In this document: one piece after another, positions 29,697-40,135 of the stretch
How the letters are laid out: each line of letters starts with the position of its first letter
Numbering within the stretch: the first letter of the stretch is position 1
Source: an uncultured Candidatus Actinomarina sp.
GTDB taxonomy: Bacteria > Actinomycetota > Acidimicrobiia > Actinomarinales > Actinomarinaceae
Reading direction: 5' to 3'
DNA: 64,000 bases
Assembly (NCBI GenBank): GCA_902613615.1
Contig: CACMHQ010000003.1
Location: 61,758-125,757, forward strand
Translations under genes and position numbers: made by a program
The notes under the pieces: generated by a model
The model's input: only the letters and a program-made list of their open reading frames with translations
Told to the model about the DNA's origin: nothing
Database searches by the model: none

Positions 29697-31710
29697 CTGG
29701 ATCTTTAATTTTTTCCAATCCTAAAAATGTAAAAACAACTAAGACAGCAGAATGTATATATAAGATTGAGTCACTTTTTATGATATTTAAAATCAAAAAG
29801 ATAGATAAAAATACGAATATATTTTTTTGGTTGAAATTTTTGTAAACTAAATAAATTCCATACCCTACCATTAAAAAAGTAAACATACCAAAGTAAATAT
29901 ATAGATCTAATACAGAAGAGTGAGGTAGGTAAAGTGATTCAAGTTTTTCTTTTGGTACATCTAATCTTATGTTATGTTCATAGAGGTACTTGTTCAGTTG
30001 AAGAGGGCCACTACCAATAACTACTTCAACAAAGGATGGATTATATTTAGCAATAAAAATTCCCCACATCTCGGTTCGATTTATAATTAAAGAAATCATT
30101 GAGATAAATGCAACTATATTTGGAACCAAAGGAATATTAAAATTTACCGTAAGAAGACTAACCAAGAATTTATAAGTACTAGATGCATTTTCACTATTTT
30201 CTTCTTCAATTAATAAAGAATTAAGATCTCGTTCTATCATTTTTTTCTCTACTTGAAGGTAGCTCGAATAAGCATCACCTCTTGGATAAAAGTTTTGATG
30301 TAAAGTTGCTTCATATACGAGTTCGGTACTTAAATATTCATAAGTTTTTAATTGTGTAAAATAATAAAATCCACCAGTAATAAATAGTATTAAACCGATT
30401 ATTATAATTTTTTTGTATTTTTCAAATAAATAACTGTGAACAAGTATCGATAAAAGAATTATTAATAAAATAGATGATATTGAAGCAAAATTATTACTTC
30501 TATACAAACCATAAATGATAGGAACTAAAAGCAGAATATAGTTCTTGGCAGGTATTTTTTTGTATTTGATTATGTATAGAAACACCAAAATAATTATAAA
30601 TCCATAAAATTCACCAACTGATTCAGCACTAGGAGCAAATCCTCTCCAGGTATTTCCCGCAATACTCGAAAATTCTTTCATTCCCCTTTTATTTTGACCA
30701 AAGATATAAAAATTTAGAAAATTTCCTAATGGATACTGTGCTCCAATAATTCCCAGAAAACATGTAAGACTACCAGCAATCAATGAATTTCTAATAAATA
30801 GTTCAAAGTTAAAGTATTGAACAGATGAATTTATTAGAAAAATCAATCCTTTTAATGATAAATAAAAAATTATTATCCAGAATATTTGAGACTGTCTTGT
30901 TAATACAGTATTTGTAAAGCCTCTAAGCTTATCTCCATCAAAGAAAAAATCATTTTGGTCTAAGTTTAAAATCCAACCGATCGATAAAACAAAATAAAGT
31001 AAATCAAAGATTTTTATTTTTTGATTAATACTGAAATTTAGAACTCCAAAAAAACATAAAATAATTAAGTAAATGTTTAAATTCATTCCTGAAAAAGTGC
31101 CTGAAATTAGAAAAATAAATGGGATAAAATTGATTAAATTGTTGTATCTTGTTTGAAATTCATCTTTTATAACCAAGGTAATAAATGTATAAAAAATAAG
31201 GTTTCCAATTAAATAATAATTGGAAAATGAAAGCTCATTATTATATAGAAAGTTAGTACGATTATAAAAACGGCTTTCTGCAATATATTGAAAAATAAAT
31301 ATTAATGGAATAAAAATAAGTAGTTTAGAACTAAATTTATTATTTTTTTTATGGCTTGGAACTAACATAAAAAATAATAACCAAATAAGTGATTGAATTA
31401 TTAGATTTCCTGAAGTATTTGTTCCAATTGATACCATAAAAGAATCATTTACTTTATCAACACCAGTAATTTTGCCAAAACAATTTAAATCAGCATAGTT
31501 GTTTTCATTTATATAAAAATTTTTATCTGAGTTTAAATTTTCTAAGTAAAACTCAAGAAGTGAAATTTTACATGTAGTTGATTGATAATAACCAATAGTT
31601 GAGTCACTTAGTTCAACAGCATTTATTTCATCTCTGTTATCGAACAATCCAAATGGGAGAATTATAAGTAACAAAATAAATAAAGAAATAATGATTTTAG
31701 GTTTAATCAT
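29683..31710 (-). CDS. polytopic membrane protein, O-antigen ligase/Wzy-like
   Basis: Many TM segments; large loop ending GSGP...PHSSVLDLYIYFG as in Wzy_C/ligase. Confidence 0.6.
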   Translation of the reverse strand: MIKPKIIISLFILLLIILPFGLFDNRDEINAVELSDSTIGYYQSTTCKISLLEFYLENLNSDKNFYINENNYADLNCFGKITGVDKVNDSFMVSIGTNTSGNLIIQSLIWLLFFMLVPSHKKNNKFSSKLLIFIPLIFIFQYIAESRFYNRTNFLYNNELSFSNYYLIGNLIFYTFITLVIKDEFQTRYNNLINFIPFIFLISGTFSGMNLNIYLIILCFFGVLNFSINQKIKIFDLLYFVLSIGWILNLDQNDFFFDGDKLRGFTNTVLTRQSQIFWIIIFYLSLKGLIFLINSSVQYFNFELFIRNSLIAGSLTCFLGIIGAQYPLGNFLNFYIFGQNKRGMKEFSSIAGNTWRGFAPSAESVGEFYGFIIILVFLYIIKYKKIPAKNYILLLVPIIYGLYRSNNFASISSILLIILLSILVHSYLFEKYKKIIIIGLILFITGGFYYFTQLKTYEYLSTELVYEATLHQNFYPRGDAYSSYLQVEKKMIERDLNSLLIEEENSENASSTYKFLVSLLTVNFNIPLVPNIVAFISMISLIINRTEMWGIFIAKYNPSFVEVVIGSGPLQLNKYLYEHNIRLDVPKEKLESLYLPHSSVLDLYIYFGMFTFLMVGYGIYLVYKNFNQKNIFVFLSIFLILNIIKSDSILYIHSAVLVVFTFLGLEKIKDPDDIE

Positions 31711-32018
31711 CTTAATTTTCTATTTTTGTATTTATTTAAAATTAAATACCCAAAAGTCATTGCCAAGGTAATAGCAAGAAAAATAATATCCCCTGGGGTT
31801 TGGAAATTATTTTGGCTCCAGCCTCCGTTCACGTAGTGAGCACACTCAATCCAGGAATTTACATTAATAACATTTCCATCAATATCATAAAGTCTTATTG
31901 TTGAAAAATTAGGATCATTTACAAAAACAAAATTAGGATCACTGGCTATCTCAACAAATTCTTGATCAGGTGGTTTTAGACCACAAACCCTTTCAATGTC
32001 GATTAAATTTTTTTCCAT
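31707..32018 (-). CDS. hypothetical protein with C-terminal membrane anchor
   Basis: DPNF repeated twice, two Cys, C-terminal TM plus basic tail; ATGA-coupled to the next gene. Confidence 0.7.
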   Translation of the reverse strand: MEKNLIDIERVCGLKPPDQEFVEIASDPNFVFVNDPNFSTIRLYDIDGNVINVNSWIECAHYVNGGWSQNNFQTPGDIIFLAITLAMTFGYLILNKYKNRKLR

Positions 32019-32124
32019 TACAATTGATTTCTAAATCAAATTATATTATTAAAATCTACATTAATTGCGGAAAATATAAGTTCTTATTTTACTTATTAAA
32101 TATATAACTGATAATATTTTATTT

Positions 32125-32967
32125 ATGAATGCTGATCCAGGTTACTTTGGTCCTAACTCCATGATGTGGAAAGTCAATCAGGAAATTACTGTTTTGTTTG
32201 GTGGTGCAAGAGCTTTATTAATGCATGCTGCACATCCACTAATAGCTGCTGGAGCACGTCAAACATCCTTTTACCAAAGAGATCCTTGGAAAAGATTGAT
32301 TAGGACTCTTTCTTTACAAAATTCAGTTACATTTGGTACCAAAGAAGAAGCAGACCAAAGTGCATTAAGGATAAATAAATTGCATGAAGTTATTAAAGGT
32401 AAAGATTCTATTACTGGAGGTATCTATGATGCACTTGATCATGAACAACTTCTTTGGGTCCATGCATGTTTACAAATTTCATCCATATACTTTTATGAAA
32501 AGACTGTAAAGAAACTTTCAACAGAAGAGAAGAATCAATATCACATAGAAAATATGCAAGCTGCAAAAATGGTTTTAATCAACATTGAAATTATGCCTAA
32601 AACTCATGATGAATTAAAAAAATGGGTCATAAATAAAAGTAACCAAAATAATTATTTAAAATTAACTGACGTTGCAGAAGATGTACAAGACATAATATCA
32701 GGAGGGCCTGTACCTAAGCATATAAAGCCGATATGGCCATTTATTGCATTTACCGCATTCAATACCTTGCCACCAGAATTTAAAGAAATATACAATATAA
32801 AAACAACAAAATTTAAATCTTTGATTTTAAATTTTAATTTGTTATTTTTAAAATACACTCGTCCATTTTTACCACCATTCTTTAGATTGATTCCCCCTGC
32901 TAGGTGGGCAAGACAAAGAATGTCAAGAGATCCTAATTTAAAATTTAGTGAAAAAGCTAATATCTAA
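32125..32967 (+). CDS. oxygenase MpaB/DUF2236 family protein
   Basis: GYFGPNS, GGARALLMHAAHP, DPWKRLIRT, YDALDHEQLLWVHA. Confidence 0.88.
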   Translation: MNADPGYFGPNSMMWKVNQEITVLFGGARALLMHAAHPLIAAGARQTSFYQRDPWKRLIRTLSLQNSVTFGTKEEADQSALRINKLHEVIKGKDSITGGIYDALDHEQLLWVHACLQISSIYFYEKTVKKLSTEEKNQYHIENMQAAKMVLINIEIMPKTHDELKKWVINKSNQNNYLKLTDVAEDVQDIISGGPVPKHIKPIWPFIAFTAFNTLPPEFKEIYNIKTTKFKSLILNFNLLFLKYTRPFLPPFFRLIPPARWARQRMSRDPNLKFSEKANI

Positions 32968-32969
32968 TT

Positions 32970-33158
32970 ATGGATGATGACAAAGATCAACTCTCAGAGC
33001 AATTAAACCAAAGTCTTGAAAAGATTTCAAAGGAAATAGAAACTATTTTGTCTAATTTAGAAACTATGGGATCTGACTCGGATAATAATGATATATCAAA
33101 AATCTTAAATGATACGAAAAAAAAGATAAAAGCAATTTCTTTAAATGAAGAAGAATAA
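32970..33158 (+). CDS. small acidic coiled-coil protein
   Basis: 62-aa ORF 2 nt after the upstream stop; heptad-like pattern. Confidence 0.6.
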   Translation: MDDDKDQLSEQLNQSLEKISKEIETILSNLETMGSDSDNNDISKILNDTKKKIKAISLNEEE

Positions 33159-33196
33159 TTTATATTAGTATTTTAAGCAATTAATATAGAATATCA

Positions 33197-33272
33197 GGGT
33201 CGGTAGCTCAATCGGCAGAGCAGGAGCCTTTTAAGCTCAAGGTCGTGGGTTCGATTCCCACCCGACCCACCA
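33197..33272 (+). tRNA. tRNA-Lys (anticodon UUU)
   Basis: GGGTCGG/CCGACCC acceptor, GAGC-CTTTTAA-GCTC anticodon arm, TTCGATT, encoded CCA. Confidence 0.96.
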
Positions 33273-33279
33273 TAAATTT

Positions 33280-34743
33280 TTAAATTCCTTTTACTTTTGA
33301 GCTAAATAATGAGAAAGGAGTTTTTGCTATAATTTTTAAATCTAAGAAAAGAGACCAGTTGTCTATGTACTCCATGTCATATTTATACCACGTCTCAAAC
33401 TCTGATGTATTTCTCTCATTTATTTGAAGCAAGCCAGTTATACCAGGCATTACATTAAGTCTTCTCATATAATTTTCATCGAATAACTGAGTATCTTCAT
33501 CGAAAAGTGGTCTCGGACCTACAATCGACATATCTCCCTTAATTACATTGAAAAACTGTGGTAGTTCATCAAGACTGTAGTTTCTTAGGAAGTGTGTACC
33601 ATTTATAATTCTTGGGTCATTTTCAATTTTAAAAATGGCTTTATCATTTTCATTTAGATCTTGCAATGCTTCACGAAGACTATGCGCATTTTTTTTCATA
33701 GTTCTAAATTTAAGCATTTTAAATTGTTTACCATGCAAACCTACTCGATTCTGTTTAATAACAACTCCAGATCCATCTAAAAAATATATGTATAAAGATA
33801 TTATGACAAAGAAAGGAGTTAAAAGTGCTATTCCTAACAATGAGAAAGTTATGTCCATTAATCTTTTCAATATATATTTTGAACCATATTGAATATCATT
33901 ATTAAAATATGTCAAGTAATAGTCAGATACAATTTCAGTTCTATTTAAAAAATAGTTTTTAAAGTTAATTTCATTCTTGGAAATAATCAAAACTTTTTTA
34001 TTTAGATTGATTAAATATGTTTCTAAACTCTTGTTAATAGTTGATTCCTTATTAAACCCCAGTACAATCAAATTCAAATTCTTCTGTTTATTTATCGAAT
34101 CAATTATCTCAATGACTTTTTTCGAGTCATTGAGATTTATATTTTGAAGATCTTCTATTTTATTTCTAAAAGTCATAATTCGCAGATTTCTAAAAATTGA
34201 ATCTTCTTCTAAATTTATTGTTATGTAATTTTCATTTGTTACTGACCTTCCAAGAATTGAAGAAATGTATTCACTATTTCTAAACAACAATAAAATAGCT
34301 GGAACTATTGCTGTGAATATGAGTAAGTAACCTCGAGATATAAGACTAGATATTCTAAAGATTGTAATGAAAATAAAAAATGTACTTGTCCATAAAAGAT
34401 AAATTGATATGTATTCATCTAGATAATTTCTATCTAAAGAAAAACTTAATTCATTTACATATGTATAAAATTTTGTTGAGTACAAAATAATTAAAAATAC
34501 AAATATAAAGAGACCAAGAAAGTATTCAATTTCTGCATATTGTTCAGGCAGAATATTAAAAAATCTATTTCTGTCTTCCCATAAATTGTTATTAATCTGC
34601 ATTCGAAAGCTGTTACCTGAACAAAGTTCACAAAATTTAGTGGGTATTAAGAAAGCATTAAAATAAAAAATCGTTGTGTAGGTTAAAAGTATTTGTAGAA
34701 ACAAAAATCTGAAAGAGTACTTAAATAATTTACTTAATTTCAT
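33280..34743 (-). CDS. priming polyprenyl-phosphate glycosylphosphotransferase (WcaJ/CpsE type)
   Basis: KRLMDI, KFRTM, DPRI, SLDELPQFFNVIKGDMSIVGPRP, PGITGL, YIDNWS. Confidence 0.95.
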   Translation of the reverse strand: MKLSKLFKYSFRFLFLQILLTYTTIFYFNAFLIPTKFCELCSGNSFRMQINNNLWEDRNRFFNILPEQYAEIEYFLGLFIFVFLIILYSTKFYTYVNELSFSLDRNYLDEYISIYLLWTSTFFIFITIFRISSLISRGYLLIFTAIVPAILLLFRNSEYISSILGRSVTNENYITINLEEDSIFRNLRIMTFRNKIEDLQNINLNDSKKVIEIIDSINKQKNLNLIVLGFNKESTINKSLETYLINLNKKVLIISKNEINFKNYFLNRTEIVSDYYLTYFNNDIQYGSKYILKRLMDITFSLLGIALLTPFFVIISLYIYFLDGSGVVIKQNRVGLHGKQFKMLKFRTMKKNAHSLREALQDLNENDKAIFKIENDPRIINGTHFLRNYSLDELPQFFNVIKGDMSIVGPRPLFDEDTQLFDENYMRRLNVMPGITGLLQINERNTSEFETWYKYDMEYIDNWSLFLDLKIIAKTPFSLFSSKVKGI

Positions 34744-34770
34744 AACTCTATATTATTGTAACGAAAACTA

Positions 34771-34799
34771 TTGGTTTCAATTTTTTTAATGGTTATAAT
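34771..34799 (+). promoter_or_regulatory. sigma70-type promoter for tRNA-Asp/Phe
   Basis: TTGGTT-N17-TATAAT, 14 nt before tRNA-Asp. Confidence 0.55.
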
Positions 34800-34813
34800 T
34801 TACTTTATCCTAC

Positions 34814-34888
34814 GGGGGCGTGGTAAAGTCTGGAGTTTACGCCTGCCTGTCACGCAGGAGGTCGCGGGTTCGAATCCCGTCGTCCCCG
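34814..34888 (+). tRNA. tRNA-Asp (anticodon GUC)
   Basis: GGGGGCG/CGTCCCC acceptor, CCTGC-CTGTCAC-GCAGG, TTCGAAT, G73. Confidence 0.95.
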
Positions 34889-34894
34889 CTTTAA

Positions 34895-34967
34895 GGCCAG
34901 ATAGCTCAGTCGGTAGAGCACTTGTCTGAAAAACAAGGGGTCGGCAGTTCGATTCTGCCTCTGGCCA
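34895..34967 (+). tRNA. tRNA-Phe (anticodon GAA)
   Basis: GGCCAGA/TCTGGCC acceptor, CTTGT-CTGAAAA-ACAAG, GGCAG-TTCGATT-CTGCC. Confidence 0.96.
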
Positions 34968-35056
34968 CAAAAATTACAAAATCTATTTAGTTAAGTTTCG
35001 AATATAAACAACAATAATTTTTAAAAAAACTACACAAAATATTTATAATATTTAGG

Positions 35057-35983
35057 GTGACAAAAATTTTAAAAAAATTAATTCCTGTCAAATTCAAAAC
35101 TAATTTAAAAATTTATTTAAAAAGCATCAAAATATTAATTCCAATTTTTTTTACTAGATTTATAGCACTAGAAACATCTGAAAAAAAACTAAATGGTTTT
35201 AAATACAAATACTACTTGCAAGATCTACTTTCAGTTAATTCAATAGGAAAATCAAAACTTTGGGAACCTCACATATTAAAGTTTTCACAAATGTATCTAA
35301 GCGAGTTTAATGACAAAAATATATTAGATATTGGTGCTCACATAGGATATCATTCCATGAATTTTGCTACATTGACTAAAGGTAAAGTTTATTCGTTTGA
35401 ACCTCAACCTCAAAACTATAAACTCTTGCACTTAAATGCCAAAATAAATAACTTAAAAAATATTCATCCAATAATGATGAGCCTATCAGACATTAATGAA
35501 TCTTCTAAGATTCCTTTGGTTTCAAAAAGCAAAGATAAAGGAAATATGGGTGATTTTACAATTAACAATTTAACTTCCAACATGTATGCAAAAATAAATT
35601 CTAGAACTTTAGATAGTTTCAATTTAGAAAATATTGCACTTATTAAAATTGATGTACAGGGGTGGGAAAAAAAAGTATTAAAAGGCGCAGAAGAAACTTT
35701 AAAGCGATGTAAACCTTTATTAATTATTGAATTTGAAAATCACCAATTACTAAAAACAAATACTTCTGTTGAAGAGTTAATAGCGTACATTAAACAATTA
35801 GACTATTACATATTTTATTTAGATTATTCTTACCCTTCAGACCATGTTTGTGTTCATAAAAGCGAAATAGATTATTTTAGATCTAAATTTAAAAAATATA
35901 TTTACGAACATACTGAAGATAATCCCATTAACAATAATTTAAAATTAGGAATATTTGAACAAATAAAATTTAATCTGTTTTAA
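35057..35983 (+). CDS. FkbM family methyltransferase
   Basis: LDIGAHIGYHS, VYSFEP, IKIDVQGWE..VLKG. Confidence 0.92.
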   Translation: MTKILKKLIPVKFKTNLKIYLKSIKILIPIFFTRFIALETSEKKLNGFKYKYYLQDLLSVNSIGKSKLWEPHILKFSQMYLSEFNDKNILDIGAHIGYHSMNFATLTKGKVYSFEPQPQNYKLLHLNAKINNLKNIHPIMMSLSDINESSKIPLVSKSKDKGNMGDFTINNLTSNMYAKINSRTLDSFNLENIALIKIDVQGWEKKVLKGAEETLKRCKPLLIIEFENHQLLKTNTSVEELIAYIKQLDYYIFYLDYSYPSDHVCVHKSEIDYFRSKFKKYIYEHTEDNPINNNLKLGIFEQIKFNLF

Positions 35984-36010
35984 TTCATTATTTAGATTTA
36001 TAATTTGCTG

Positions 36011-36997
36011 ATGAATGTTGTTTATAAGGTACCAATTCTCCTAATCCTTTTTAATAGACCAAAATATACCTCAAAAACTGTTGAGTTTTTAAACATGATC
36101 AAACCAGAGGTCTTATATATCCATATTGATGGACCCAGAAATCAAGAAGATCAAGATAAAATTGACGAAGTCGAAGAAATGTTAAAAGATTTAAATTCTG
36201 ACATTAATGTAACTCTTAAAAAAAGTGATTCAAATCTTGGATGTGGGTTGGGTCCAGTATCAGCAATCAATTGGTTTTTTGAAAATGAAGATTATGGAAT
36301 TATTTTTGAAGATGATGTATTTCCAGATAAGTCATTTTTTGAATATTGTGAAACACTATTAAAGAAGTACAGAGATAAAAAAAATATTTTTATGATTTCA
36401 GGAGACAATGGAGGTCCAATGGTGCCTTCAGATTTATTTGGGAATCATAAAATTATGGCAGTAGACATCCCTATTATTTGGGGCTGGGCTACATGGAGCG
36501 ATCGATGGAAAAAATATAATTTTGAAATAAAAAAGATTAGCTTTATAAATACATTCAATAAGTTAAAAAATTTTTATTTTTTTGAAAGGATAATGATAAT
36601 CAATTATTTCTTAAGAGCTACAAAAAAAGGGTCTGTTGATTTTTGGGATATACAATTATTTTATATGATAATAATGAATAATGATAAATGTTTAATACCA
36701 TCAGTAAATCTTGTGAAAAATATTGGCTTTGATGAGGACGCAACGCATACAAAAGAAATCACTTCTAGATCATTTTCTGATACTCATGAAATTAAAATTA
36801 TGAATCATCACTACATTAAAAGTAGTAAATCAACAAATTCAAGGATGATATATCTTATAACCACTCAAATGAATAGTGATCAGGTTTATAAAAAGTTTTT
36901 AATATCTTTGAGAATAAATTATCTATATAGACGTTACATATACTATTTTAAATCTCTAAAAAGTAAAATCAATAAGACATTGTCCAGAAAGAGTTGA
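36011..36997 (+). CDS. GT-A nucleotide-diphospho-sugar transferase
   Basis: LFNRP, IDGPR, NLGC, IIFEDD, IWGWATW, WDIQ, NIGF; ATG 36011 follows TATAAT by 6 nt. Confidence 0.85.
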   Translation: MNVVYKVPILLILFNRPKYTSKTVEFLNMIKPEVLYIHIDGPRNQEDQDKIDEVEEMLKDLNSDINVTLKKSDSNLGCGLGPVSAINWFFENEDYGIIFEDDVFPDKSFFEYCETLLKKYRDKKNIFMISGDNGGPMVPSDLFGNHKIMAVDIPIIWGWATWSDRWKKYNFEIKKISFINTFNKLKNFYFFERIMIINYFLRATKKGSVDFWDIQLFYMIIMNNDKCLIPSVNLVKNIGFDEDATHTKEITSRSFSDTHEIKIMNHHYIKSSKSTNSRMIYLITTQMNSDQVYKKFLISLRINYLYRRYIYYFKSLKSKINKTLSRKS

Positions 36998-37288
36998 TCT
37001 AAAATTTTTATTCTTGATTATCTATATGTCTTTGTAAGTTTTCTCGTTTTTTTAGTCTTATTTTATTTCAATGGAAGAGGTTTTTTTATTGCTCCTAAAT
37101 TATATTATTTTTAAAAAAAGGCATATACCTTTAGAAATCCTTAAAACAAAAACCTCAAATCTTTATCCTATTTTTGGATCCATATAATCGATATTTGAGA
37201 AATAATTAAGAAACAATTCTGAAATAATCATTTAACTTTTAAGAGGTCTCGCAATCTGAGTTCTATATTATGTTATTACAAAGTTAAA

Positions 37289-38962
37289 GTGAAGAAAATT
37301 AAGAATCACAAGAAAGTTGCAGTTGAAATTTTTTTTTCAATTTTTCTTGGTACGACAGCTTTCCTATTTGTCTATGGTGTTGAAGCCTTTAATATTTTCC
37401 CACTTGCTTTCAACCATGCGGATTATATTATGTACCAAAGTTCGTATTATGCTTTTTTAGAATCAGACTGGCAATATCCTGTATTTAACTCAAATAATTT
37501 TTTTGTTGACAAAGAAATAAATTTATATCTTTTTGATTATATTCCACTTTATTCAATATTACTGAAATTTATAAATACTGTATTTTATTATCAGTTTGAA
37601 AACCCATTTACAGTATGGGTTTTGATAAATACTTTATTAACTTTTTTCTTTAGTTTTAAAATATTGACTTTAAATAGAAAGTTAAATTTATATTATGGAT
37701 TGGTAGGTGCTTTTTGTATCAGTACCCTTCCTCTTGCTCCCCATAAAATCCAATATCATGGAGGAGAAGGATCGCATTGGATTTTGATTGCAGGTATTTA
37801 TTTTTATCTACAAAGTAAGGAAAAGGTTGAATACCTTTATATTTTTTCTTTGTTTGCCGCATTATCACTGTGGATACATTTCTATTTATTTACGATTGTA
37901 TGTGGAATATGGTCTGCAGCTGTCCTCGAAAATATTATTAAGAATAGAAATAAGAAAATTTTACTTTCAATTATTTTATTCTTAATAATATTTACGCTAA
38001 TTTTCTTTTTATCATTTGGTTCATATCAAAACTTTTTTGATACCTTAAATAATGTCAGGTCCTCAAATTTTAATCCTGACTGGAGCTCCGAGTTCAATTC
38101 ATTTTTCTGTGGAAATAGTCAAAACTCTTTTCTTTATGAAATATTAATGTGCTTTGAACCCTACACAAATAAAAATATAGAATCTTATGTGTACTTAGGG
38201 CTCGGAGTGATTTTATTTTCATTCATAATTTTAAAAGATTTTAATAATACTGTTGCAATGATTAGGAATCATAAAGTTTTAGTTTTTGTCTCTTTAGTTT
38301 TTTTATTTTTTTCTTTTGGCAATAGGATTAAAATTGCTCACAAGCAAATATTTGAATATCAATTTAATAGTTTACATCATTTCCTAATTGATATTTATCG
38401 TGCGTATGCAAGATTTTCGTTTTTAATATACTATTTGTTTGTAATTTATTTTATTTATAAGTTTTTAGATTTGAGTAAAAATAAAAGAGTTTATACTATT
38501 CTTTTTATTATTTTTGTATCAATTCAATTCCAAGATTTAAATCATGAATATAACGCTAACGAATTTATAAAAATGAAAACGAATTCTCCGAATATTGAAA
38601 TAATTGACATGTCTAAAAGCGCTATAAATTCTAAGGATGAAAGATTATTTGTTTATCCACCAAATAATTGCATTGAAGATTTTGACTTGCATTTATTTTC
38701 TAAAGAATTTATAAAATACGGGGGAAGCGTTCATACTTTTATCATGGATTCTCTTAGGGGGGGGAAGGGAATGCAAAATTGTAAAGACTTTATGAACATA
38801 GAATTAAATTTGATTACTTTTTCACCTCATCATTTTATTACTAATATCGATAAAGAATCAATTCCTAAAGAGTTCATAAATATGTATGATTGTGAAACAA
38901 GTAAAAGTTTTTATTATGACGATGACATGAAGAGAATATATTATTGTTTAAAATCAAACTAA
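37289..38962 (+). CDS. polytopic membrane protein, putative GT-C (YfhO/GtrII-like)
   Basis: About 11 TM segments, DWQYP, DYIPL, HFY, YVYLGLG, YRAYARF; soluble C-terminal domain. Confidence 0.7.
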   Translation: MKKIKNHKKVAVEIFFSIFLGTTAFLFVYGVEAFNIFPLAFNHADYIMYQSSYYAFLESDWQYPVFNSNNFFVDKEINLYLFDYIPLYSILLKFINTVFYYQFENPFTVWVLINTLLTFFFSFKILTLNRKLNLYYGLVGAFCISTLPLAPHKIQYHGGEGSHWILIAGIYFYLQSKEKVEYLYIFSLFAALSLWIHFYLFTIVCGIWSAAVLENIIKNRNKKILLSIILFLIIFTLIFFLSFGSYQNFFDTLNNVRSSNFNPDWSSEFNSFFCGNSQNSFLYEILMCFEPYTNKNIESYVYLGLGVILFSFIILKDFNNTVAMIRNHKVLVFVSLVFLFFSFGNRIKIAHKQIFEYQFNSLHHFLIDIYRAYARFSFLIYYLFVIYFIYKFLDLSKNKRVYTILFIIFVSIQFQDLNHEYNANEFIKMKTNSPNIEIIDMSKSAINSKDERLFVYPPNNCIEDFDLHLFSKEFIKYGGSVHTFIMDSLRGGKGMQNCKDFMNIELNLITFSPHHFITNIDKESIPKEFINMYDCETSKSFYYDDDMKRIYYCLKSN

Positions 38963-39002
38963 ATAAGTTATACTTAGCTCAGGTCAAATGGTTTGTCCTT
39001 AC

Positions 39003-39046
39003 CTGAAAAACAAGGGGTCAGCAGTTCGATTCTGCATCTAGCCACA
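39003..39046 (+). repeat. direct repeat of tRNA-Phe 3' half (att-like), 3 mismatches
   Basis: CTGAAAAACAAGGGGTCaGCAGTTCGATTCTGCaTCTaGCCACA versus 34926-34969 (41/44). Confidence 0.93.
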
Positions 39047-39190
39047 AAGTTTTTTACTAGTGAACACAAAACTGTGCCAATAGCTATCCAAAACATCAAT
39101 AGTTATTGGGGGTAGTTTTTTCCTCGAATTTAGGCATGGAAGAAATTAGAGAAACAGATAGGTTTAATTAAAAAGTTATAAAACCCTAGA

Positions 39191-40093
39191 TTACTTTTCT
39201 TTAAAAATATTTATAACGAAGCCAGTTATTGCAAGTTGAGCCCCAAGAATAATAAAGAGAAACAGTATATCGTCACTGATGATTGTATCTTTTATACTGA
39301 GAACCCATAAAGCTATGTTGTAAATAAATATTAACAATCCAGTTAGAAAAATAATCAATCCAGGAATTATTAAAGTTTGTAATGTCCTTTTATAAATGTA
39401 AAGCCCTATCAGGTTTCCAAAAACAATTATTGGATATTTAATTCCAATGAATGATTTTCCTTCAGACCTTTGTTTTAAATTTATATCAACTTCATCAATT
39501 TTAAGATCTCTTAACTTTGCATCTAGGAGTATTTGCTGAGCTGCATTGTAGTTCCCAATAATTTTTGAGTTAGCAAGGTATTTCTTACTTAGATATATGA
39601 ATCCATTAGTAGGATCAGATATATCAATGGAAAAAAGTTTTAAAAATATTTTAAATATTTTACTTCCAAATCTTCTATGTAAAGGCATTTTATAATCTGA
39701 ACTTTTATGAAATCTATTTCCGTAAATTACATCTTTATTTGTATACATATCATTTTTTAGAAAGTTGTCTAAATCATCTAGATCCATTTGTCCATCACCA
39801 TCAACTTTAAACATACCGTTTACGCCTGTTTCTTTTGAGTGCATACATAATTCTCTTATCGCATTACCTAAACCTTTATTTTCGTCAACATACAGAAGTT
39901 CAATGTCTTCTAATTCTTCTAGAATTTCTCTTGAATTATCGGATGACCCATCGTCAAAAAACACTATTTTTAAGATCATGTCATATTTTTTTTCTAAATC
40001 TGAAATTTTAATTTTTAAATCTTCATAAAGCTTTTTTACATTTTTTTCTTCATTAAAAACAGGAATGCAAATGTTTATTGTACTTTTCGACAT
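39191..40093 (-). CDS. GT2 polyprenyl-phosphate sugar synthase (DPM/GtrB-like)
   Basis: IPVFNEE, FDDGSSD, NKGLG, VDGDGQ, DPTNGF; two C-terminal TM helices. Confidence 0.9.
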   Translation of the reverse strand: MSKSTINICIPVFNEEKNVKKLYEDLKIKISDLEKKYDMILKIVFFDDGSSDNSREILEELEDIELLYVDENKGLGNAIRELCMHSKETGVNGMFKVDGDGQMDLDDLDNFLKNDMYTNKDVIYGNRFHKSSDYKMPLHRRFGSKIFKIFLKLFSIDISDPTNGFIYLSKKYLANSKIIGNYNAAQQILLDAKLRDLKIDEVDINLKQRSEGKSFIGIKYPIIVFGNLIGLYIYKRTLQTLIIPGLIIFLTGLLIFIYNIALWVLSIKDTIISDDILFLFIILGAQLAITGFVINIFKEK

Positions 40094-40135
40094 ACATTCA
40101 ATATAATCAATTAAACCTTTTTAAAAAGAAGAATT

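Noticed and set aside
36995-37134. Possible Sec read-through of the TGA ending the GT-A gene (frame stays open for about 45 codons)
   Set aside because: No SECIS-like hairpin, no redox motif, low-complexity T-rich sequence.
36998-37288. Unusually long intergenic gap, possible pseudogene or ncRNA
   Set aside because: No recognisable reading-frame remnant, tRNA fragment or stable structure by eye.
38975-39046. Intact second tRNA-Phe (TAGCTCAG upstream of the repeat)
   Set aside because: No pairing acceptor or anticodon stem and a broken T-stem pair; only a 3'-half remnant is supportable.
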